Positions 40,552-52,500 of a DNA stretch of 64,000 nt are shown here, in pieces (within the stretch, counting starts at the first letter, position 1; every line of letters begins with the position of its first letter). Below the pieces are notes generated by a model that was not told the DNA's origin, searched no databases, and saw nothing but the letters and a program-made list of their open reading frames with translations. A program made the translations under genes and the position numbers. Source of the DNA: Mytilus edulis (lineage: Eukaryota); NCBI RefSeq assembly GCF_963676685.1, contig NC_092352.1, positions 10,292,001-10,356,000 of the forward strand, written 5' to 3'.

Positions 40552-41754
40552 GTCAATTTAAAGAACACATTGATTTGAGACCTGAACTTGAGTTATATAA
40601 CTTTTAGAGATTATAAATATACAATATTCTTATCAAATGTTTTGTAGCAATTGGCAAATTACACATTTTTGAGATTATTTTTGTGCACATTTAAATTTTT
40701 GTTAGTATTCCAACCTTTAAACCATATATATAGAAGTGTGGTTAAAATCCACATTTCTTAAAGGAGGTGATAATGGCTTTATTTCCTCAAGGTTCATTGG
40801 CAACTGGCTCTTTACAGGATTTAACAGAAGTCTTTTAATGCAAATGTGTCCAGTTTTCAATATGAGCACCCCCAGTAACTGAAGAAGACAAATTACTAAT
40901 TCAGCTGCAACTGTTGCTCAAAGTAATTGTACCATTTCTACTGTTGTGAAAATTTCTGTTGGAAATGACATAAAAACTAGCAAGTCAGTATTAAGCGTTA
41001 TCTTTATTAGCTTTGATTGGCTGTCTTTCATACACACATTCCAAGATAAAATAAATATAATTTCAAAGTGCTTTTAAACCCATGTAAACTATTACACCTG
41101 TTTTTTAACAACAAATTGTATGGCACATAACGGTAAAACTGATTTAAAGAAAAAGAGTCCACAAACAAAACCTTGTAAATTAATTCCATGAGTATAACTA
41201 TGGTATACAAGCACTAATAACGAGTTTGTTGAAAATATGTTTGTCAAATACAGAAATGTATATTCTGATGTGAAACTGTGAACAGAACTCTTGATCTGCT
41301 AATTTCCAATTTCCCTTTTTATTTTTATGACAAATATTACCCATTTAATACATCATATTATAAAATACTATTGAATGAATTGAATTGATATAATTATATG
41401 ATCTAAGATCAACATGATCATTTAATTGTACTATTTGTCACATGATTGTATTTTTGGTCACATGATTGTATTGTTGGTCACATGATTGTATTGAGGATCA
41501 AATGACTGTACTCTTGATCACATGATAGTATTCTTGATCACTCTTTACAGCCAGACCCCCAAATTAATCTATTGCTCCTATTCAAAAAGTAATAGTTTAT
41601 GGAAATGTTCAATTGTCCATTATTCATTAACAAATTGAACCCGTCTATTCCAACCACAGCATTCAGTCAAAGTTGAGATGATTTGAAGATTTGGAAGTAT
41701 ATTCAAAAGTATATTCAAAAGCCAGATTAAATTTTTCTTTGTTATGACATTGAG

Positions 41755-43807
41755 CACTGGCGTCAACGTGATGATCGTAACTGCAGTTACGATCATCCCA
41801 ATACGGACACAAATATAGGGATATTTTAAAAGGCTGATTTCTCCACTTTAACAGCTTATTTTCAGATTTGTTTTATATCAAGAAACATCTTTAAAAGCAT
41901 TACCGTTGAATGTGTTTTTCATAAGTTACAGAAAAACAAACAGAAGAACGAAAATCGAGATTCAAAAAATCAAGATGATGATCGTAACTTCGTCTACAGA
42001 TGATCGTAACTTTGACTTGTTTTTATAAAAAGATGATTGTAACTCAAAATTTACGAATGTTTTTTCCAACTAAATGAATACCCTATTTAGCAGTAACGAT
42101 AAAAAAACATATTATTTTAAAATCAAACAAAGAATAAATGAAAACCGCTATTCTAAAAAGAAATGACATGAGGGGGATTAGCAGACTTATATGCAAATGT
42201 CCCCAACATTATGAGTAATTAAGTTAACATTCAAAATGGATTTACGTGGATATGAAGTTGATATAAATATCATTCTCATAATACAGTTTAAGAATACAGA
42301 CCAAAACTTTCACTAAATAAAGTAAAGGAGGGCATGAAGTTACATTATTTTGATGACTTTCTATCAGTTTTAAATTGTTGCCTGGTCTTGGTTTTTCTTA
42401 ATCAAACTATGACTATTAAAAATTGGAAGACTACAGAGGTGGACTTCGAAGGAGGGTCAAGGTGCTCGCATCACCTTTTTGTGCGGGAAATTTGGTTGAT
42501 TGTATAGGGAATCAATGAAGCATGACTGTAGCGGGCCTACTCTTAGGCAGCCAGTCCCCAATCCCTTTTAAAAATCTCTGATTACACCATCGAACTACTG
42601 TTGCCTATATTTACCATGGGTTGACTATCTATGTAAAGAAGGAAAAGTTGAAATAGATGGTATACACGTTCATATTAGATTTTTCAAGCTACAAATTATT
42701 ACATTTATACGGTATATGACATGTATTATTGAAGTTGGTCGAAGAAGTTGTGTTGAGCCAAACGTATCAATAAGGGATCTATGATAAGGGGAGATGTTTG
42801 GAAAAAGGCAGGACAGGAGATTTGAGTAAAAAAATAGGCCGGATGAACATCTTGGCCAAACAAAAAGGCAGGATGACAATTTATGTAAAAAAAATCAGGA
42901 TGAAAAAAAGGAGGACCGAATAGAGTAAAAATAAAAACACAGGATAGAGAGTTCAACAAAAAATTATTCATCCTAGCCCCTCCCCCAAAATAAAAATCAA
43001 ATAGTAGCTCACTTTATTGACGGTTTCATTGGTTTTTTTTTTTTTCAACAGATATGATTTCACTTCTTAATGCTTTATTTTTCCAACCTCTCCCTTAAAA
43101 ATCGTAAATCTGTTAAATAAAAGAAACTATAAAGTCTGAATTCCCCAAAAATACCAGATCCTCGAAAGGTACTATTGTCCCTAAAAGTGTATGGAAAAAA
43201 ATAAAATAAAAACTTCAATTTTAACAAACTGGTCATTAATATGAACTGTCCAATACCTTATTTATATAAAACATATGAAATCAATATAAAGTTGTGTTAA
43301 CCCCCAATGCATTTTAATATTGAACTAGATAAATAAGAAATACCAAATCTCGCGAAGTCATAACCATTTGTGCACTTATACCAATAGGACGTTATCCTCC
43401 CCTCTATGATCGTTCGTCATTATTATCACAATATCAGCTGATAACATACATTTTGTCGCATACTAGACAGCTTTATTTGTCCTTATTTATCAGAAAATGC
43501 TCCGTTGGAACAAACAGTTACGATCATCTTAAGTACAAGTTACGATCATCGTTTATAAAAATAAATAAAAGTTACGATCATCATCGTGATTTTTTGTATC
43601 TCGATTTTCATTCTTCTTGTTGCTTTTCCATCCAGTCCGAAAAAATATTTCATTGGCAATGCTTATAAAGATGTTTCTTGAAATAATACATATCTGAAAA
43701 TAACCTGTTAAAGTGGAGTAATCAGCCTTATAAAATTTCCCTATATTTGTGTCCACAATATTGGGATGATCGTAACTGCAGTTACGATCATCACGTTGAC
43801 GCCAGTG
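41755..43807. mobile_element. Non-autonomous DNA transposon, 2,053 bp, long (~300 bp) TIRs starting CACTGG, 6-bp TSD ATTGAG
   Basis: cactggcgtcaacgtgatgatcgtaactgcag.. at the left end and its reverse complement at the right end; attgag at 41749-41754 and 43808-43813. Confidence 0.88.
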
Positions 43808-46556
43808 ATTGAGTTGGGAAAAAGCTTTCTGTTGATTTTTTAAAAACATGTTTTCCTTGATTAGAATTAAGTTCCATTTGTGCCAAATTTCCTTCATTTT
43901 TACCTCAAATCTTATATAGTTCTATGGAATTCAAACAATAAAGGTTTTTATCTCTTCATAGTTTTTGCCTATATTTGTAGGTCACTTAGAAATAAAATTC
44001 ACATTAATATCAGATGGTAGCCAAAATAGAAATCATCATTTTCAGTAACACAGTGTACATTTCAGAGTATACATTCATATTATCTCCCTTGTGTTTGCAT
44101 AATTATCTCCCTTGTTCCAAAGGATTGCATGTTGTGTGTCAGAATCCTACCTTGAACATTCAATATACAATCTGAACACCGATTCACTGGGAATTTATAT
44201 CTCGATGTCGTGTTACAAATAATTGTATAGACAGAAACTATAAATCACATTTTTACATAAATCATACAAGTTTTCTATGGCAACAGAAAAATAGTAAGAA
44301 CCTAATTTCCTAATTTTTGTAAAACACTAACAGACGACAGACCGCTGGAACAGTCTAGTAAACAAGCTATCTTATTTACTTTACAAATATTACTTTTCAT
44401 AATCACATTTAGAAATAATTATAAGCAAAAATAATATATTAGCAATAGCACATCATGATGTTTTCATCAACTGCATGTAGCAAAAAACAAGAGTAAAAAA
44501 ATATAGTAATATAGATATAAAAAGTTATTAAGCATCTAGAAATGCATAGGTTAAAATAATATTTATATACATTGCATATGAATATAGCTAAGTGTTTTGT
44601 TCACTTTTTAACACCAATAACAACTTCTTAAACAGTCAATGTAGGGGAAAAAATAATTTTTATCATATATAGTCAAGAACAACACCAATTACAATATTAT
44701 AAATCATTATAGGTATATAAAATGAAAGAACCTTTGGTGTGAAAACTCACAAACAAAAAAATATGGAAATTCACCAAAAAATGGTTTTGGTTTACAAGAT
44801 AATACTTGCATTTTACCCGTATGTTCTATTTTCAGCCTTAGTGGCCATGTTGGTTGACAGTCTATGACGATGACGCCAAGTGATAATTATAGGGCCAGGT
44901 GGTCTTAAATACAGGTAGTATTCCAGCAAGAAGACATATCATTGAATATTTGTACAAATTAACCTTGCAAGTGATGGTCCCTCATATTAGATTTTTATTT
45001 TTATTTTGATAAGCTAAAACCTTCATCACAATTTGAGGAGATCTGAATGAACTATCCTGGAGTCTACAATTGTTTTTTTACCTTCCTCCTGTAAAAATGG
45101 TCCTGAATTCTATATTTTTCTTTTTTTAAAACTCATTCGAAAGGGTTTCGAAATAAATGAAGGTGGTTGGAAGGGATATGAGGTATAGCTCCCCCATAAA
45201 GTGTGGTGTAATATGTTTTCTTGCCTACCTGTTTATACATGGCAAAATCATGGGTCATGTTTCAAGTTAAAGTTTAGGTTTAAAGATTTGGCCACCAACT
45301 CATGGCCAAACCAAATCCCTGAGGCATCTATTGTTGAAATAATTTTCTATGACCTAAGGACCCAACTTTAGCAAAAATCATTCAATTAGAATGAAACCTA
45401 TACTTGATCTAAAACATTTTTGACTACATTGTATATATAAAAAAATCTATCAAGTGATTCAGGTTTTCTTATGGAAGGATATCTAATTAGTTGTAACAGG
45501 TCATGGTATAAAATACAATAGGATTGTTAAGGATTTACAGTATAATCATCCTGCTTCATGTGGAAAGGCGATACAATAGAGGCACAAATGGACATGGGCT
45601 TATATGTTATCCTCAGTCATATTCATATTAATACAAACATAGGAACTAGCAATTCCAATATATACAATGTATATACAATCTTTAACTTTTGTACTTTCCT
45701 TGGTAAATTTAGTTGGCTAAATTATATTTTTTTCAGTACTTGTATACTCTAGTGAAATAGGCCAGACATTATCTCTTAAGATATAATTAATATCACATAC
45801 AAAAAATTATCACAGATCTTGCAGTTGCAAGTGAACATGAGTAAATTAAAAAAAAAATATGTCCATTACTTATTCAGTCATGTACAATGTACAATTTTAC
45901 AGACTTTCATTTTATGTCTGTCACTTGAAACAAACATTTATTAAGATATGCCATTCTAAACAGTGTCTATAATTTCTGTCATGAAGTAAAACGTATGACT
46001 TCTCTGGATTCCATCTTGGTGTGAGAGACTGTAGATTTCATGGGTTAACATTAATCATGAATTCAAATATTTAGCGAAGTGTGAATATTCTAAATGTTTT
46101 GTAAACATATTATTACAAAACAACAAGAACACAAAAATTATAGATCCCCTTTACAAAAAAAAAGAACTAAGTCATCAGGCCAATGGTATAAGTTCACTGT
46201 AAAACACAGATGTCAGATTGTAAGAACAGTGTAAATAATATCACTAATATATATATCAAAATTCACGGAGAATAAAAAATGACCAAATTGTTATAAATAT
46301 TGACTGTACTATAGAGTTCTGAGAAATACCCAGGAAAATTCATGTTTAGCCCTTTTTTATTAATCTGACATTCAAAATCAACCTCAAATGAAATCAAATA
46401 CAAAAAAAATACAATACACAGACTCTTAAGATTAGTGGAGAAACATAATATGTCTGCATGTCAAAATTTCAGTATAACTTTACATATTAAACACTAGCTA
46501 ATATATAAATGAAATTGACAAACATTTCACTTATATCTAACATAAATTTTCTTTAT

Positions 46557-49500
46557 TCACAGCTTCTTTTTGTTCTTAGAACTAGCTGCAATGTCTGATT
46601 TCAATCCAATAAACATGTGTTTAACTTGTTCCCAACTAGGCAGCGGCCATTCAAACTCATTAGGTACAATACCATCACATCTAGACTCGAAGAACGTGAA
46701 TAAAGGAAACCAGATACGTGTTCTCTTCTTATCACGTAACATAAGTGAACGATTGTTGGCAAGAGTGTGGTAATAAAGAAACATACGGGAAGTGATGTAG
46801 AAAGCAACAAACACATCTATGGAGTAATGCTCATGGGCTGCTAGAATGAAGAATAGTGCAAACATATTGGCTACCCATGCTGAAGTATGGAGATAATACA
46901 TCTTTCTTGGCGTGTCTGAAAAAAACAGAAAAAATGATATCAAATATTTGACATACAAATGTATAGATAAACCTCATATGATAACTTATTGTTATTTTAC
47001 AAAATAATCAGTAGTATAAATAAGATAAGCACAAGGAAAACAATAACATAAATATATCAAAGCGTGATAGCACTAAAGCATTTGCTGTATATTTTACAGA
47101 AAATGTCAGAATCAATATCTAGATTGTTTCTTTTCAACTGTTCCAATAAGAAATATCTTGCATCGTAAACCAGTAATGTTATGTAACCTTTAGCAGAATA
47201 AAAATTCTCAATAAAAGGCCTAGGGTTAACTATTAAACTTCCATTTAAATGTTTTGTTTCAGGAAAGTTCAATCAAACTTACTTAATTTTCAATACATAA
47301 GTCAAGCAAACACATAATTTTACACGGTTTTGAAAGAACTGTAGAATAAAAACTGTGTGCACTCTATTTCACTTAAACAAAATGGCATTTACAAGATGAC
47401 TATAAAAGCAAATACTTTTAAAACAGCAGCTTTGCAGCAAAATTAATATAAACTAGAAGAGCTCTGGCTGCAAAATAAGACTGAAAAACTTAGTAAGAGT
47501 TAATAATTCAGTGAAAAGATTAAACCACAACAACACAAACTCAACCTGTAATTTTATCAATAAATCAAAAAAATAATAACTTACATTCAGTTATGAGAAA
47601 GTTGAGCATAGTAACAAAGACTGTATGTCCACTAAACATGTAATCTCCACAAGTCCTAACACCTGACAGTGTCATACCTAGTCCTGTCCAGATCTCAAAA
47701 GTTCTACGTAGTTTGGTCCATATATCTCCATACAGCTTAAATAAATGGAATAAAAATCATGAAATAATTATTTGGTAGCAGATTATTTGGTGAAATTTTC
47801 AAAAACCTTTAATACAAATACAAATATTTTTTTGGCACAAACACAATTACAATAATTGCCAAAAATCTAATATGCTTTATTCTATATATAATACAAAAAT
47901 ACACTCATAACCAGCATACTACCTCCATTCAGTTTACATGATAACTTACTTTTTTCATTATGTTTATAACCACACCACAAATATATTCCCAAAATTTAAT
48001 TATTATCTCAGATATTTTATAAAATTTACATTCCCCCAAAAATGCAAACAGAAGGTAATCTTCAGTGTTATGAATTTGTAATTGTTTACAAGAAAAAGAA
48101 TTCAAAACATTAATATTGGAACATAAAATGGTAAATTAGGAACTAATTACCCTTCTGGAGCACCTGAGTTCATCCCAGGTATTTGGTTAGGTTCTACATG
48201 TATTTACTCAGTCTACTTTTCTATGAAATGTTTTGTTTTCATTGGAGGATAAAATTTTGTCATCATTGCAGGATATTGCAGGATATAGTTTTGTTATCAT
48301 TGGAGGTATAGTTTTGTTACCATTGCAGGATATAGTTTTGTTATCATTGGATGATCTAGTTTTGTTATCATTGCAGGATCTAGTTTTGTTATCATTGGAG
48401 GATCTAGTTTTGTTATCATTGGATGATCTAGTTTTGTTATCATTGGATGATCTAGTTTTGTTATCATTGGAGGATATAGTTTTGTTATCATTGGAGGATA
48501 TAGTTTTGTTATCATTGGATGATCTAGTTTTGTTATCATTGGAGGATATAGTTTTGTTATCATTGGAGGATATAGTTTTGTTATCATTGGATGATCTAGT
48601 TTTGTTATCATTGGAGGATATAGTTTTGTTACCAATGCAGGATATAGTTTTGTTATCATTGGATGATCTAGTTTTGTTATCATTGGATGATCTAGTTTTG
48701 TTATCATTGGAGGATCTAGTTTTGTTATTATTGGAGGATCTAGTTTTGTTATCATTGGATGATCTAGTTTTGTTATCATTGGAGGATATAGTTTTGTTAT
48801 CATTCGATGATCTAGTTTTGTTATCATTGCAGGATATAGTTTTGTTATCATTGGAGGATATAGTTTTGTTATCATTGCAGGATATAGTTTTGTTATCATT
48901 GGAGGATATAGTTTTGTTATCATTGCAGGATATAGTTTTGTTATCATTGGAGGATATAGATTTGTTATCATTGGATGATCTAGTTTTGTTATCATTGGAG
49001 GATATAGTTTTGTTATCATTGGATGATCTAGTTATCTAGTTTTGTTATCATTGGATGATCTAGTTTTGTTATCATTGGAGGATCTAGTTTTGTTATCATT
49101 GGATGATCTAGTTTTGTTATCATTGGAGGATATAGTTTTGTTATCATTGGATGATCTAGTTTTGTTATCATTGCAGGATATAGTTTTTTTATCATTGGAG
49201 GATATAGTTTTGTTATCATTGCAGGATATAGTTTTGTTATCATTGGAGGATATAGTTTTGTTATAATTGGAGGATATAGTTTTGTTATCATTGGATGATC
49301 TAGTTTTGTTATCATTGGAGGATATAGTTTTGTTATCATTGGAGGATATAGTTTTGTTATCATTGGAGGATATAGTTTTGTTATCATTCGATGATCTAGT
49401 TTTGTTATCATTGCAGGATATAGTTTTGTTATCATTGGATGATCTAGTTTTGTTATCATTGGAGGATATAGTTTTGTTATCATTGGATGATCTAGTTTTG

Positions 49501-52500
49501 TTATCATTGGAGGATATAGTTTTGTTACCAATGCAGGATATAGTTTTGTTATCATTGGATGATCTAGTTTTGTTATCATTGGATGATCTAGTTTTGTTAT
49601 CATTGGATGATCTAGTTTTGTTATCATTGGAGGATCTAGTTTTGTTATTATTGGAGGATCTAGTTTTGTTATCATTGGAGGATATAGTTTTGTTATCATT
49701 CGATGATCTAGTTTTGTTATCATTGCAGGATATAGTTTTGTTATCATTGGAGGATATAGTTTTGTTATCATTGGAGGATATAGTTTTGTTATCATTGGAT
49801 GATCTAGTTTTGTTATCATTGGAGGATATAGTTTTGTTATCATTGGAGGATATAGTTTTGTTATCATTGGATGATCTAGTTTTGTTATCATTCGATGATC
49901 TAGTTTTGTTATCATTGCAGGATATAGTTTTGTTATCATTGGAGGATATAGTTTTGTTATCATTGCAGGATATAGTTTTGTTATCATTGGAGGATATAGT
50001 TTTGTTATCATTGCAGGATATAGTTTTGTTATCATTGGAGGATATAGATTTGTTATCATTGGATGATCTAGTTTTGTTATCATTGGAGGATATAGTTTTG
50101 TTATCATTGGATGATCTAGTTATCTAGTTTTGTTATCATTGGATGATCTAGTTTTGTTATCATTGGAGGATCTAGTTTTGTTATCATTGGATGATCTAGT
50201 TTTGTTATCATTGGAGGATATAGTTTTGTTATCATTGGATGATCTAGTTTTGTTATCATTGCAGGATATAGTTTTTTTATCATTGGAGGATATAGTTTTG
50301 TTATCATTGCAGGATATAGTTTTGTTATCATTGGAGGATATAGTTTTGTTATAATTGGAGGATATAGTTTTGTTATCATTGGATGATCTAGTTTTGTTAT
50401 CATTGGAGGATATAGTTTTGTTATCATTGGAGGATATAGTTTTGTTATCATTGGAGGATATAGTTTTGTTATCATTCGATGATCTAGTTTTGTTATCATT
50501 GCAGGATATAGTTTTGTTATCATTGGATGATCTAGTTTTGTTATCATTGGAGGATATAGTTTTGTTATCATTGGATGATCTAGTTTTGTTATCATTGGAG
50601 GATATAGTTTTGTTACCAATGCAGGATCTAGTTTTGTTATCATTGGATGATCTAGTTTTGTTATCATTGGATGATCTAGTTTTGTTATCATTGGAGGATA
50701 TAGTTTTGTTATCATTGGAGGATATAGTTTTGTTATCATTGGATGATCTAGTTTTGTTATCATTGGAGGATATAGTTTTGTTATCATTGGAGGATATAGT
50801 TTTGTTATCATTGGATGATCTAGTTTTGTTATCATTCGATGATCTAGTTTTGTTATCATTGCAGGATATAGTTTTGTTATCATTGGAGGATATAGTTTTG
50901 TTATCATTGCAGGATATAGTTTTGTTATCATTGGAGGATATAGTTTTGTTATCATTGCAGGATATAGTTTTGTTATCATTGGAGGATATAGATTTGTTAT
51001 CATTGGATGATCTAGTTTTGTTATCATTGGAGGATATAGTTTTGTTATCATTGGATGATCTAGTTATCTAGTTTTGTTATCATTGGATGATCTAGTTTTG
51101 TTATCATTGGAGGATCTAGTTTTGTTATCATTGGATGATCTAGTTTTGTTATCATTGGAGGATATAGTTTTGTTATCATTGGATGATCTAGTTTTGTTAT
51201 CATTGCAGGATATAGTTTTTTTATCATTGGAGGATATAGTTTTGTTATCATTGCAGGATATAGTTTTGTTATCATTGGAGGATATAGTTTTGTTATAATT
51301 GGAGGATATAGTTTTGTTATCATTGGATGATCTAGTTTTGTTATCATTGGAGGATATAGTTTTGTTATCATTGGAGGATATAGTTTTGTTATCATTGGAG
51401 GATATAGTTTTGTTATCATTCGATGATCTAGTTTTGTTATCATTGCAGGATATAGTTTTGTTATCATTGGATGATCTAGTTTTGTTATCATTGGAGGATA
51501 TAGTTTTGTTATCATTGGATGATCTAGTTTTGTTATCATTGGAGGATATAGTTTTGTTACCAATGCAGGATATAGTTTTGTTATCATTGGATGATCTAGT
51601 TTTGTTATCATTGGATGATCTAGTTTTGTTATCATTGGATGATCTAGTTTTGTTATCATTGGAGGATCTAGTTTTGTTATTATTGGAGGATCTAGTTTTG
51701 TTATCATTGGATGATCTAGTTTTGTTATCATTGGAGGATATAGTTTTGTTATCATTCGATGATCTAGTTTTGTTATCATTGCAGGATATAGTTTTGTTAT
51801 CATTGGAGGATATAGTTTTGTTATCATTGCAGGATATAGTTTTGTTATCATTGGAGGATATAGTTTTGTTATCATTGCAGGATATAGTTTTGTTATCATT
51901 GGAGGATATAGATTTGTTATCATTGGATGATCTAGTTTTGTTATCATTGGAGGATATAGTTTTGTTATCATTGGATGATCTAGTTATCTAGTTTTGTTAT
52001 CATTGGATGATCTAGTTTTGTTATCATTGGAGGATCTAGTTTTGTTATCATTGGATGATCTAGTTTTGTTATCATTGGAGGATATAGTTTTGTTATCATT
52101 GGATGATCTAGTTTTGTTATCATTGCAGGATATAGTTTTTTTATCATTGGAGGATATAGTTTTGTTATCATTGCAGGATATAGTTTTGTTATCATTGGAG
52201 GATATAGTTTTGTTATAATTGGAGGATATAGTTTTGTTATCATTGGATGATCTAGTTTTGTTATCATTGGAGGATATAGTTTTGTTATCATTGGAGGATA
52301 TAGTTTTGTTATCATTGGAGGATATAGTTTTGTTATCATTCGATGATCTAGTTTTGTTATCATTGCAGGATATAGTTTTGTTATCATTGGATGATCTAGT
52401 TTTGTTATCATTGGAGGATATAGTTTTGTTATCATTGGATGATCTAGTTTTGTTATCATTGGAGGATATAGTTTTGTTACCAATGCAGGATATAGTTTTG

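Noticed and set aside
29400-46500. Numerous 60-115-aa ORFs between the SMS genes
   Set aside because: Low-complexity or transposon-derived, with no coherent exon chain or recognisable motifs.
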